Numbered from the whole stretch's first letter, positions 35,290 to 49,094 are shown. The stretch: DNA of 63,092 nt, filler included, from Octopus bimaculoides (GCF_001194135.2; 7 parts of 7 records of this genome joined end to end with filler, not necessarily neighbours in it); one strand, 5' to 3'. Notes: generated by a model not told the origin, from the letters alone. Made by a program: numbers and translations.

Positions 35290-37300
35290 GAGTTGAGAAA
35301 TCGAATCTCCAGGTGAGCCTATTAAACATTGCCAGTTATATCCGTTATCCCTGGCCGCTTTTCGTGGAAAAAGGTGAGATTTTTCTTCTTTCCACTGTTA
35401 TTATAGGATATTTAGTTGCGGTTTGTATTTTTAAATGAACATGCATTCCTTTTTCAATTGGAATCGGGTTGAAGTGTTTCCAGTGCATTGATAGAGAGGT
35501 AAGATTTTGTGTTTCGGATTTATGTATGCGGGGCATTGGTCTAAGTGTTTGCTTAAGGCAAATTTCCTGGTCGTGAGGTCTCGGTTTTGTTGCCTGTGTA
35601 CCGTTAGTCTGTCGGTCAATGTCAAACTAGTTTGACGTATTTAGTCTCTATCACACCTACGATATATGAGGACATAGATTAAGTTCTTCGATGCACAGGT
35701 CAAGTGATTTTCTATCTTCATGGTGGATATTTGACCTGACTTGAATCTATATGTTGAATCTTCCAAAACGTTGATGCAAGTCCTGGAATTGGGGTGATTA
35801 GTTATTTTTGTTGGGGGAGGGGCTATTTGGCGCTGGTAAGTAACCTTTTCAGGGATTGCGGTTGTGTTTTCCTCTTAATAATTCTATGTGCCTCCAGTAC
35901 GTTTTTTACTCGCAGGTCGTTCAGAAAGACTGGTATATTTTGACGGATGATGTTGTTTGCTTCCATGTTCATCGGATTGTATGTTGATACATAAAACGAA
36001 GTTCTAAGGTTGCCGTGAGGTTTTCTTGTTTTTCATAATTCTTGGACGTCTATCGTTTTTGCACGTTCTATTCCGGTTTTGATTAAACTATCCAGGTATT
36101 TTCTTTCTAGTAAAGTGTATTCAAGTTCTTGGAATCGTTTATCTTAGGTTTCGGGATTTAATTCAATCGTGCAAATTTTTGTTGCCATGTTAAAAGGTAT
36201 ATTGATTTTAGTATGATTTGTGTAGCAGAAAGAGAATAGAAAATAATGTTTGTAGTCCATTGGTTATAAGTGTATGGCGGTATCAGTATAAGTGTCTATT
36301 TCTAAGATTAAAATGTCCGGGAAGGGTAGCTGTTTGTGGATGTATTCCATTGTAAATAGGATACTATAGTAACTCTTGTTTTTAAATTCTAAGAGTTGCT
36401 CAAGGTTATACGACCACAGAATGAAATAATCCTACAAGTAGGGATTCTAGTCGGCGAGTAAGCATCTTTCGAAGTTGTTTGAAAATCTCAGTCTAATGTA
36501 TTCGTATATTTGCTCTTCCAAATATGCTATGACAAATTTAGCAAAATAAGGGGCTACACTCGTTCCCATCGGAGTTCTCGTTCCTGTCTGTACATGTTCT
36601 AGTTGAAGTTGAAGAAGATTTAGTAGGTTGAATTTTAATGCTTCAATATNNNNNNNNNNNNNNNNNNNNNNNNNNNNNNNNNNNNNNNNNNNNNNNNNNN
36701 NNNNNNNNNNNNNNNNNNNNNNNNNNNNNNNNNNNNNNNNNNNNNNNNNNNNNNNNNNNNNNNNNNNNNNNNNNNNNNNNNNNNNNNNNNNNNNNNNNNN
36801 NNNNNNNNNNNNNNNNNNNNNNNNNNNNNNNNNNNNNNNNNNNNNNNNNNNNNNNNNNNNNNNNNNNNNNNNNNNNNNNNNNNNNNNNNNNNNNNNNNNN
36901 NNNNNNNNNNNNNNNNNNNNNNNNNNNNNNNNNNNNNNNNNNNNNNNNNNNNNNNNNNNNNNNNNNNNNNNNNNNNNNNNNNNNNNNNNNNNNNNNNNNN
37001 NNNNNNNNNNNNNNNNNNNNNNNNNNNNNNNNNNNNNNNNNNNNNNNNNNNNNNNNNNNNNNNNNNNNNNNNNNNNNNNNNNNNNNNNNNNNNNNNNNNN
37101 NNNNNNNCTCACCATCAGTGTATGAAGTATATTTAGCATCAGTTTTCACTCATTTCTAATAGTCAAATTTATGTAGATTTTATACCGATAGGAATTTTGA
37201 CTGGTAGGCTTTCACGTCAGCAGGTCCGTGCTAATTTCCGCTTTTGCAATCAAATGGATGTAGAATTTATCGCCCCAAATTTAAACTGTTGACGTGGAAG
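35290..37300 (-). mobile_element. Decayed Penelope-like retroelement (RT plus GIY-YIG endonuclease), split by a gap
   Basis: RT relics: NILH, IEALKF, TPMGTSVAPYFAKFVIAYLEEQIY, D/DYFILWS. GIY-YIG region: HLTCASKNLIYVLIYRRC...TLTDRLTVHRQQ...LSKHLDQC...FI*KYKPQLN. Confidence 0.85.
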
Positions 37301-40300
37301 AGCTTCGATTACCATATATGAACCATTGTGTTATATTTTATTTGTGGGTTTTTCCTTTGTATATGTTTTAGCATCATATTGTTTGTTTTGTTATCGCTTA
37401 TTTTTACGAAGAATTTTATGTAGCTGGAATGTGTTATTTCCGAATATTACTTTGATTTTATTTTCTTGTCACTGGCATAGTAAATTGTGATTGCAGGTTA
37501 TTGTAAATGCATGACGAGCCTAGAAGACAACGTTGTACAATGCCAACGTAGAAGAGCTGGTGTCATGAAGTTTATAACTCACAATAATATTTGTACATTA
37601 GATTGGTAATTTGTCGTTCGTTATCCAATATATATGCTTGTGGCTTGATATCAATTAAGGGTTTCTGCTTTTGATGTTTTTTGTAATATGTTATTAGTTT
37701 TTGTTTATAATCTGGTGTGATAAATTTTGCATTTCATTTTATGAAGTATTTGACTGTTTGACAGTGGTTAAGCTTTTGATTCCTATAATAAATTTTATGT
37801 GCAATTTGTATAGTTTTAATGGGTGAACTCTCTGAGGTATATATGGCATTATATTTGCGGATGTAGTCGTCTATAGATCGGTTACTATACAGTGTCTATC
37901 TTCTGTGTCTCTTTGATATATTCTGTTAATTTCTTTCTCCTGTTTATGCACGAGAATGTGAATATTCTTCCGAATAGTAATTTTATCACTGACCTATTGT
38001 AGATGCGTGATCATTCACTCTCTCCATCTATACATTTATTTCCTTCTTTGGTGTACACTGATATTACTTACCTGTGTTTTTCTATATATATAGTTATGAA
38101 TTTTGTCTAAATCGGAATTCTGTTTGTATTTTTCGGGATCATATATCTTAGCAAGTAATTTAGTTTCTCAAATTGTGTAATATATCCATTACAACTACTA
38201 TATCGACTATGTCTCTGGTGTATGTTATATATTTATGTTTGGTATTAATGTTTACAAATACCGAAGACGCAGATCCTAAGGGGGAAATATCTGAATTCTT
38301 CATCTGTATAAGTTAAATAAGGAGTAGCGATATGATACTTCATTTGTGTACGATATTCTTTAAGTCCTTTTGTTCTTTTATCTGTTTCAGCCATGGAGCT
38401 GCGGTCATGCTGAAGTATCATATAAGTAGTGTTCTTTCAATGTTTTTCTAGTAAAAGAGGTGGATTTGTTTTGGAGGATTATTTATACTTACTTAATATG
38501 TCTTTCAGTAATGCCACTGGGACGTTGGTAAACACGTTTTCTACACTGGAATTGGTAACTATTTTGTCAACGTACTCTTTTATAGGTAGACACTCCTCTT
38601 CTGATATTCTATGGCATTTTCAAATGAATACTCTTTGCCAATACTGCAAAATAATGCTAAAACAAGCACACACATTACAGAAAATAAACACATGACTTCT
38701 AACACAGAAGCTTAACGTTAAACATATCTGGAAAGTAAAGGCTACATAAATCCGACTACTACAACATATAAATTTGTTCAAGACTACTGACGTAGAAATC
38801 TAACAGTCTCATCACGGAACTCAACAGAGAAATATCCTCATAAATGTATTCCAACTATGTTTAAATACATTTGGGAGTCAACGTTAGGCAACAATATCTA
38901 CAGGGAACATTCTCACGTCACATAACAGCAGTAATACACATTTATTTCATCTCAACTGGCTTTGCTCTCAATAACCTCACGCTAAGACGCACAAAAGAAG
39001 AATGTACTTCGTACCATATAAATGGTTCCCGGATGAATATCTGCAGCAAATCCCTGATAAACCACCTGCTCTCAAATATATCTCTTCACACAATATCTAA
39101 GATTAAACATAAGATGTCTTTCTTTTGCCATGTGTTGCTATTAAATGCTCATGGCCTGGACCAATCGTGGCCAAATTTAATCTAAGCTTTTGTACATGTA
39201 TATATGGTTGGTTCTGTGGGAGTGCGTTTATTCTCTGTGTGTTTGTGTGGGTGTGTGTACGTATGTATTTAAGAAGAAAAGCATACGTATATAGATTTAC
39301 TTATGTTTTAAATAGAAATATTTTCGTGTACATATATATGTGTCTAACTGTGTATATACGTAAATATATATATTTAACCATGACTGATCGCTAGCCACTA
39401 ATCCTTTTATATTTCGTCTCTTTGTTTAATTCTGTGTTCCTTTCTGTTGAAGAGCGTAGGCTCGAAACATAAAATACTTTCTCACTTCCCAAGCGTTAAA
39501 CTAATACATCTGTTTGTTGTTTAATCATCCGTCGTTGTCTTTTGTTTTTTGTTTTTCATTTTGTAAATTCCAACTATATATATATACATATATACAAGAA
39601 CTGTTAGCCAAAATGTATTCCCCATTGCCCCAGATATATTACTATGAAGATCATATTCCTGCTTAGTTATTTATGACCATTCGAATCATAATAACTTCAT
39701 TTACGTATATGCGGAAGAGAAAACGTTATTTTAAATTAAAATAAATAACACACCATGTATCAACTTCAAAAAAGTAATATAGTGTAAGAAAATAAGAAAA
39801 TTTTCTAATTTGGATAAATATAACCGGGTTTGCAAATATTTTCTTCTTTTCTATTGGAGGATTTTTATTTATTTTGCAAAGAAATTTAAGAAAGGATTCA
39901 CAGATTTATGTTAGCTGTCAACTCCAAGTAAACGATCATGACATATATCTTATACGTGAAATGTGCATCCAATTATCTTTAATCATTATAGAAATATCAT
40001 CATCCTGTTTTCTTTTTTAACACACAGAATGACAATATTTAAAAAAAAATTTACTTTCCATCGCTATCATCATACAAGCATGCATTCCACTCACACTAAT
40101 GTAAATCACTGCGAAGTATAACAACAGCAGAAGACGGTTGATATCCCTGAGACCAATACTGATTTTTTTAGAAAAGACAGGTAGAACTAAAGTTTCTATG
40201 CTTTGTAAATATACCCATTTAACAAGACCTCAGTCTAAGTAATTGCGTGCTATGTTCTGTAACCCCCAACAAAAACTCTAAGTACGAATGGGTACCAGCA

Positions 40301-40353
40301 ACGCTTGCAACATTTCTACCCCTCTTTATTGCCCCCGTTTTACTCTCTCACTC

Positions 40354-40744
40354 GTGGAGGGGCAATGGTCCAGTGGTTAGGGCAGCGGACTCGCGGTCAT
40401 AGGATCGCGGCTTCGATTCCCTGACCGGACGTTGTGAGTGTTTATTGAGCGAAAACACCTAAAAGCACCTCGTGGCTACGGCCGGGGATGGTGGCGAACC
40501 CTGCTGTACTCTTTCACCACAACTTTCTCTCACTCTTATTTCCTGTTTCTGTTGTGCCTGCAATTTAAAAGACCAGCCTTGTCACACAGTCACGGTGAAT
40601 ATCCCCGAGAACTACGTTAAGGGCACACGTGTCTGCGGAGTGCTCAGCCACTAGCACGTTAATTTTACGAGCAGGCTGTTCCGTTGATCGGATCAACTGG
40701 AACCCTCGACGTCGTAAACGACGGAGTGCCAACAACAACAACAA
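40354..40744 (+). mobile_element. SINE family C (tRNA-derived head), full length with a 12-bp TSD and (CAA)n tail
   Basis: Head ggaggggcaatggtccagtggttagggcagcggactcgcgg...ttcgattccc. TSD actctctcactc at 40342-53 and 40745-56. Confidence 0.9.
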
Positions 40745-40878
40745 ACTCTCTCACTCAGTTTAACCTCTCTTTTATTTACTCGATTTCACTGTTTATTTAG
40801 TTCTCGGCTGATCTTCGATGTATAAATATGTATGAATGTGCGGGTACATATTCATAGCTATCTATCTATCTATCTATA

Positions 40879-40935
<57 letters not shown>

Positions 40936-40974
40936 GTCTGTCTGGGTGTGCGTAATATTTTCTGGGGTTTTTTT

Positions 40975-41345
40975 TTGTATTATTTTACTGTTTCAGTCAT
41001 TTGACTGCGGCCATGAGTGTGCATCGCTTTTAGTCGAATAAATCGACCCTAGTACTCACTCTTTGTATGCCTGGTACTTATACCATCGGTCACTTTTGCT
41101 CACCTGTTAAGTTACGGGGACGTAAACGCACCGACATCGGATGCCAAGCGATGTTGGGAGGACAAACACAGACACACAGACACACAGACAAACACACACA
41201 CACACACACACACATACACACAGATACGGGATTCTTTCAGTTTCCGTCTACCAAATCCACTCACATGGCTTTGGTCGGCCCGAGGTTACATTAAAAGATA
41301 GTTGCACTTGCCCAAGGTGCCGTACTGTGGGACTGAACCTGGAAC
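40975..41345 (-). mobile_element. SINE family A
   Basis: Same layout as 4405-4818, with an internal (CA)n. Confidence 0.85.
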
Positions 41346-41662
41346 TATGAAAAGAAAATATATTTTAATTACGTACTTTGAATAAGTAATGTGTTTAATT
41401 ATATTTAAATAATTAGTATATTAATTTATTCATGTTATTGTATTTGATTTTTTAACTTTTTTTCCTTCCACCAAATTTCTTTTACCCTCTTCTTCGGGAT
41501 TTTATTCTTTTCCCCCCCTTTTCTTTCTTTTATTTCTCTTCTTTCTCTCTCTTTAATATTATTACTTTCATGTTTTCTTTGTATTATTATCATTGCCTTT
41601 GTTTTATTTTATTGTTGTTAACAACAATATAATTATTAGTATTGTAAGTATGTACTACTATG

Positions 41663-41733
41663 TGGAGACGCAATGGCCCAGTGTTAAGGCAGCGGACACG
41701 CGGTCGTAGGATCGCGGTTTCGATTCTCAGACA
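41663..41733 (+). mobile_element. Isolated tRNA-like head of SINE family C (not a tRNA gene)
   Basis: ggagacgcaatggcccagtgttaaggcagcggacacgcggtcgtaggatcgcggtttcgattc matches 40354 onward. Confidence 0.75.
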
Positions 41734-42857
41734 GACAATAATGTACTATAATGATTGTACTAATTTCATCTGGATTCATGATTCAGCTAAATCTGAATTA
41801 GAGGTTTTCACTGAAGCAATGAAATCTCTCTTGAATTGAAGTAAAATGAATAGCATGACAAACTCCAAAACGAGCACTACTATGCCCCTACCTTGATGGC
41901 TCTGAGGGAAAGTAAGCAACAATAGTGATTGTAGTACGATCTGCATTGTGGCAAGACCAGTAATCAGCGTCAAAATGCTTGTTTCCACTAAGTACGTTCA
42001 ACATTTGGAACAAGCCATCAATGCAATGGAAAAAAGAAATTACATTAAAATAGGTTGGGAAAATAGCGAATTGTATACATGATCTAAGCTACCACCAGTT
42101 TCAAAATTAAAAAAAAAAAGATGTCTAAAATCCAAAAGCTTTTGAATATTGACATGACACATTACAAATAGAAATTTACAATACAGTTTTCGTTGCATTT
42201 ACCTATAATCAAATAAGGTTTTTCTTTATAACTATATTCCGATTATTTTTGCAATAATAACCTCTCATTTTCATGGTTTTATCTTAGTTTTATGAATTTA
42301 TAGCGTATTCTATGTTTTTCGTAATTTTGTAAATACTTTTTTACACATTCGTATTTTCAGATCCATAAATGTACCTACAATCATATTTCGCACAAAGTTT
42401 ATCCATATATTATTTTAATACATATTATATTATTCATATCTTCATTTTTATGTTATCAGTCTGTGCGTTTAGATCTTTTAGCGAGTAACCAGATTTAACG
42501 ATTTTAGCCAGAAGAATGGTCGAAGTTCATTAAAAATGAGATGCAAACCGAGCTTTAAATTATGCTGAAAACCATTCACGAAAAGAGGAAACTGCACTCT
42601 TTTTTTGTCTTTGATCTGCAAATTTTTTTTTCTGACCAATCCTACTCGGTTTGCAACAGATTTGTATAACTTCTATTTTTAACTGCTTTCGATAACACAA
42701 AATACATTTAATTTTCATAGGCATTTATGAGCCGGATGAGGAAGTAGATTAAATTTATTTTATGGTGTACTACACATGCACACTTAACGTACATTTGCTT
42801 TTGAATTACGTTGACTATCCATTCCCGTAATATATATGCGGGTGTGTGGTGCGTGTG

Positions 42858-42900
<43 letters not shown>

Positions 42901-43294
42901 TTGTTTGTGCGCACGCGTGTGTATTTGTGTAAGTGTGTATATGTGTATATAGGTATACATATAGGCATGTATATTTATGTTTATATGTATTTATATGAAT
43001 ATATATGTGTACGTATGCGTGTATGTATCTATCGATCTATTTATCTATCTATCTATCTACTTGCGCTACTTCGTCTATAGTAATTTGTAGGAAAATATTC
43101 TTCCCTTCTGCTATTAATTGTACTTTTAAAACAGTAATCCAATAAGAGGTATTATCTCGGGACAAATATTGCACTAACTGGTCTATCAACAGGGTGTATA
43201 CATTAAGTACGTTATATAGATGGCTGTTTTAATTCAAAACTGCCTCGGTTGAGTATAGAGAATTTCAGTATCAGAAAATAAGCTTATACTTTTC

Positions 43295-43500
43295 AATTCT
43301 TTTACTTCTATTTTATTCATTTGGTTCAGTCATGCTGCAGCACCACCTTGAAGGGTTTTAGTCGAAGAAAGCAACCCCGAGATTTATTATTTGCAAGCCT
43401 AGTACCTATTTAATCCCCCTCTTTTGCTGAACTTCTAAATTACGAGGATATAAATACACCAACGTCGATTGTCAACATATACACATAAGTACACATACGC
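43295..43500 (-). mobile_element. SINE family A, 3' half
   Basis: cagtcatgctgcagcaccaccttgaaggg...caagcctagtacctattt. Confidence 0.75.
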
Positions 43501-43620
43501 ATATATATATATATATANNNNNNNNNNNNNNNNNNNNNNNNNNNNNNNNNNNNNNNNNNNNTTAATTAATTAANNNNNNNNNNNNNNNNNNNNNNNNNNN
43601 NNNNNNNNNNNNNNNNNATA

Positions 43621-43651
<31 letters not shown>

Positions 43652-44419
43652 TTATATATTCTCTCTGTGTTTGAGTGTGTATTATTTATAGAAATAGCGA
43701 CCGACATTTGTATGAAAGGATCAAATCTATTACATTCTCATCAGGGACTTCTGTAGAGTCACTGATGAGAATCTAATGTGTTTGAAACCTTTTGTACATA
43801 GACTAGACACTATTTGTATAAATAACACACACACACACACAGACTCACACACGCGCGCGCGTGCAAACACACATTTATATATCATTTAACATTAAAATGT
43901 ATTGAGTCATATCATTTTTGAATGACCACTCTTCTTAATTTCTTAATCTGATGATAAAGACTGTATATGCACACACACACACACTCCAACAAACACACAC
44001 CAACACACACACACGCCCCCCCCCCCCCGCACACACACACACNNNNNNNNNNNNNNNNNNNNNNNNNNNNNNNNNNNNNNNNNNNNNNNNNNNNNNNNNN
44101 NNNNNCGCACACACACACATATACACAGAAGCATACACACACTTATACAGACACAGGAATGCATATATCTGTTTGGCGGATTCTTTTCTATCAAGAATGT
44201 ATGTGTGTTTGTGTGTGTGTGTGTGTTTCAAAGGGTTTATACAACTTTCACCACAATCTAATTTGTTTTATATTCAACACATGATTCCAGATGAAATCAC
44301 TGGACAAACCAAATAAAGGCACACTCACACCACACTCACACAGGCGCACATAAATACTCACATACACTCATAAATGCATACACATACGCACATGCACACA
44401 CCAGTTAGTATATACATAC

Positions 44420-44462
<43 letters not shown>

Positions 44463-46135
44463 CATACATACACACACACATATATACACATATGCATACA
44501 AACATATGTATATACACATACAGACTGGCATCCTTATTACTTATTTGCTACATATATATATATANNNNNNNNNNNNNNNNNNNNNNNNNNNNNNNNNNNN
44601 NNNNNNNNNNNNNNNNNNNNNNNNNNNNNNNNNNNNNNNNNNNNNNNNNNNNNNNNNNNNNNNNNNNNNNNNNNNNNNNNNNNNNNNNNNNNNNNNNNNN
44701 NNNNNNNNNNNNNNNNNNNNNNNNNNNNNNNNNNNNNNNNNNNNNNNNNNNNNNNNNNNNNNNNNNNNNNNNNNNNNNNNNNNNNNNNNNNNNNNNNNNN
44801 NNNNNNNNNNNNNNNNNNNNNNNNNNNNNNNNNNNNNNNNNNNNNNNNNNNNNNNNNNNNNNNNNNNNNNNNNNNNNNNNNNNNNNNNNNNNNNNNNNNN
44901 NNNNNNNNNNNNNNNNNNNNNNNNNNNNNNNNNNNNNNNNNNNNNNNNNNNNNNNNNNNNNNNNNNNNNNNNNNNNNNNNNNNNNNNNNNNNNNNNNNNN
45001 NNNNNNNNNNNNNNNNNNNNNNNNNNNNNNNNNNNNNNNNNNNNNNNNNNNNNNNNNNNNNNNNNNNNNNNNNNNNNNNNNNNNNNNNNNNNNNNNNNNN
45101 NNNNNNNNNNNNNNNNNNNNNNNNNNNNNNNNNNNNNNNNNNNNNNNNNNNNNNNNNNNNNNNNNNNNNNNNNNNNNNNNNNNNNNNNNNNNNNNNNNNN
45201 NNNNNNNNNNNNNNNNNNNNNNNNNNNNNNNNNNNNNNNNNNNNNNNNNNNNTATATATATATATCTGTGTTTACTTGTCCTGTTTTCCATTTTTTCTCG
45301 TTGTTCACGTATTTCACACGTATCAGGTAATAATGTTTTTTTTTTATTTAGTTATATTTATCTATATTCATATTTGCATTTATTGATATCGAATGGTGAA
45401 AATTGGCATCGTTTGATACATGATTCCAACGAGTCGAACACTCATACGTTGTACTTCAGTGAGTGAATGTAAATCGGTGTGGAACAAATATCGATAAGTA
45501 TTCGAAGAGTGAGAAAGAGAGAAAGGGGCAGGGGTACAGGGGTGTGGGTCAGAGGGAGAGAAAGATATTTGTCCATCCATCTATGCATCTACCAAGCTAT
45601 ACATACATACATACATACATACATACATACATACATACATGCATGCATGCATACATACATACATACATACATACATACATAGATACAAACATACATACAT
45701 ACATACATACATACATGCAAGCATGCATGCATACATACATGCATGCATACATACATATATACATACATATGCGTATGTGGATTTTTTCCGTTTTGAACTC
45801 GTTGGCACTCAACAAATTCTTACATGTACACATTCGTACAAAGTTTACATAGATGCAGACACAGGTATGTATGTTTGTATGTATGTATGTATGTATGTAT
45901 GTATGTATGTATGTATCTATCTACTTACCTACCTATTTAACCACTCTCTCTCTCTCTCTCTATGTATATATNNNNNNNNNNNNNNNNNNNNNNNNNNNNN
46001 NNNNNNNNNNNNNNNTTAATTAATTAANNNNNNNNNNNNNNNNNNNNNNNNNNNNNNNNNNNNNNNNNNNNCTGTTCAAAGTAAACATGTTCAGGCTATT
46101 AACAATAAAGAGGGAGAGAGAGAGAGTGAGTATAA

Positions 46136-46349
46136 TCCTTTCTATTATAGGTACGAGGACTGAAATTTGGGGGAGGAGGATAGTCGATTGCGTCGACCCC
46201 AGTACCCAAGTGCTACTTAATTTATCGACCCCGAAAAGGTGAAAGATAAAGTGGACCTCGGCGCAATTTGAACTCAGAACATAGCGACGAGCGAAATACC
46301 GCTAAGCATTTCCTCCTGCGTCCTAACAATTATGCCAGCTCGCCGCCTT
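46136..46349 (-). mobile_element. SINE family B, near full length (tail type i)
   Basis: Runs from the tail aatcctttctattataggtacgagg to the head gccagctcgccgcc. Confidence 0.85.
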
Positions 46350-46365
46350 CGGGGGGGGGGGACAC

Positions 46366-46397
<32 letters not shown>

Positions 46398-46843
46398 TGA
46401 AAGAGAGAGATTATGACAGAGGATGTAATATATAGCGAATAAGAACGAATATATTACATTAAAGTGGGTATATGGTAGATGTGAAGATGTATACAATAGA
46501 TTCGGACGGATGTATAGTGAATGAAGTGGATGAAAGCATGCATACTGTTGCTTCGAAAACACGTGTTAAAAATGATTTTTGGCATGAAGAATAATGTTTT
46601 GTCCAAATTATTAATAGATATGAAGACTTTGGCAAAATCTAGTGCTTCGTTACTCAGTAACAAAATATAAATGATATCGAGGTGTTTGAATCTACGCTTT
46701 CTGCAATTCTTAAATATCTTTTATTTTGACAACAGCCCTACGATGTCCGACGATTGATATAGAACACAACTCGGGGTAGCAACACCTTGTTAAGCTTTTG
46801 AGCTTCAATAAAGTTATATACATACATATATACATACATACAT

Positions 46844-46875
<32 letters not shown>

Positions 46876-47555
46876 NNNNNNNNNNNNNNNNNNNNNNNNN
46901 NNNNNNNNNNNNNNNNNNNNNNNNNNNNNNNNNNNNNNNNNNNNNNNNNNNNNNNNNNNNNNNNNNNNNNNNNNNNNNNNNNNNNNNNNNNNNNNNNNNN
47001 NNNNNNNNNNNNNNNNNNNNNNNNNNNNNNNNNNNNNNNNNNNNNNNNNNNNNNNNNNNNNNNNNNNNNNNNNNNNNNNNNNNNNNNNNNNNNNNNNNNN
47101 NNNNNNNNNNNNNNNNNNNNNNNNNNNNNNNNNNNNNNNNNNNNNNNNNNNNNNNNNNNNNNNNNNNNNNNNNNNNNNNNNNNNNNNNNNNNNNNNNNNN
47201 NNNNNNNNNNNNNNNNNNNNNNNNNNNNNNNNNNNNNNNNNNNNNNNNNNNNNNNNNNNNNNNNNNNNNNNNNNNNNNNNNNNNNNNNNNNNNNNNNNNN
47301 NNNNNNNNNNNNNNNNNNNNNNNNNNNNNNNNNNNNNNNNNNNNNNNNNNNNNNNNNNNNNNNNNNNNNNNNNNNNNNNNNNNNNNNNNNNNNNNNNNNN
47401 NNNNNNNNNNNNNNNNNNNNNNNNNNNNNNNNNNNNNNNNNNNNNNNNNNNNNNNNNNNNNNNNNNNNNNNNNNNNNNNNNNNNNNNNNNNNNNNNNNNN
47501 NNNNNNNNNNNNNNNNNNNNNNNNNNNNNNNNNNNNNNNNNNNNNNNNNNNNNNN

Positions 47556-47591
<36 letters not shown>

Positions 47592-47884
47592 GTGTACATA
47601 CACACGGACATGCGCGCGCATACAAACACACACACACACATGCATATTCGAAGGAGGGAGAGCGAGAGAGAGAGAGAGAGATACAAAGACAGACAGATAG
47701 AAATATCTAAGAAACATCTAAGTTAATACTGTTCTAGAATTGATAAGATAACACAGACACTGTCCAAGTTATTTTCAGTTCGCTGTGACTGCAATTTGTC
47801 TAACTGGCTTACATTGTTGTTATTGTTGCTGCTGTTGTCATCCTCGTAGTAGTAGCAGTAGTTGTTTTTGTTGCTGCCGGTTCT

Positions 47885-47944
<60 letters not shown>

Positions 47945-48461
47945 ATAGTAGTGGTGGTAGTAGTAGTAGGAGTACTTATTGTTGTTAAGGATGTTGTATA
48001 TGAGCAATAAGAGACCTGGTTGTGTTAATAGTAGACGCTTTGTTCTGATTCTTTTTGTTGACCTTAGCAGTGACAGTAGCAGCAATACCAGCAGCAGCAG
48101 CAGCAACATCAGTAATGTTATTATTATTATTATTATTATTGGTGATGGTGGTGATGGTGGTAGTAGTAGTAGTAGAAGTTGTAGTAGTTGCTGTTGTTGG
48201 TTAGCCTCAGGTCAACTCTGGTCAAGCAGACATTGATCACAGACATTACAAACGTGACCATCTGATCCTTGTTTTTGTTTTCGCAGGAGTGGAGTTATGT
48301 CTTATAACATTATCTAATGCAATGGTTCTCAACCATTTTTTTTTTATGTAGACCCCTTCGATGTTGACCCCTATTTTACTAAGGGGTGGGAAACTCTCAT
48401 AATCATCCATGCCTGAAAACTATTATATTTTTATAACTAAATATTATTTTTATCCTCTTCT

Positions 48462-48725
48462 ACTCTTCTACTTGTTTCAGTCATTTGACTACGGCCATGC
48501 TACAGCACCGCCTTAAAGGGTTTCAGGCGAATAACTCTAGCCCGGGACTTATTCTTTGTATGCCTAGTACTTATTCTATCGTCCTTATTTTGTCAAGCGA
48601 TGGCCGGCCTGGGGACACACACACACACAGACACAACACACATAAATATATACATATATATACGACAAGCTTCTTTCAGTTTCCGTCAATCAAGTTGACT
48701 CACAAAGCTGTGGTCGTGCCGATGC
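48462..48725 (-). mobile_element. SINE family A with an internal deletion
   Basis: Has the tail tactcttctacttgtttcagtc and cttctttcagtttccgtc. Confidence 0.75.
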
Positions 48726-48833
48726 TCCAATCNNNNNNNNNNNNNNNNNNNNNNNNNNNNNNNNNNNNNNNNNNNNTTAATTAATTAANNNNNNNNNNNN
48801 NNNNNNNNNNNNNNNNNNNNNNNNNNNNNNNNC

Positions 48834-48864
<31 letters not shown>

Positions 48865-49063
48865 TGTATATAAATATCGTCAGTAAATCATAAATCCGAA
48901 AAAGAAGCCCGAAGGCCAACAGGTTTGGGGTCAAAAAAATGCTGTAACGCTAAGCGCTTTATGGACATATGATTCTGCATAGCCCCATAAATCGCCCATA
49001 TCTCTGTCAGTCTATCTATCTATCTGTCTTTCTATCAATCTATCTATCTATATTTCTATCTAG

Positions 49064-49094
<31 letters not shown>

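Noticed and set aside
40354-40430. tRNA-like sequences (also 41663, 50452, 50787, 57540 and 12780)
   Set aside because: They have A and B boxes but no complete cloverleaf or acceptor stem, and they run into SINE bodies. They are SINE heads.
45463-46019. [16 protein letters not shown]-type ORFs throughout the window
   Set aside because: These are translations of (ACAT)n, (TA)n and (CA)n microsatellites.
47723-48236. Poly-Ser/Tyr/Leu ORFs
   Set aside because: (AGT)n and related trinucleotide repeats with no splice or domain support.
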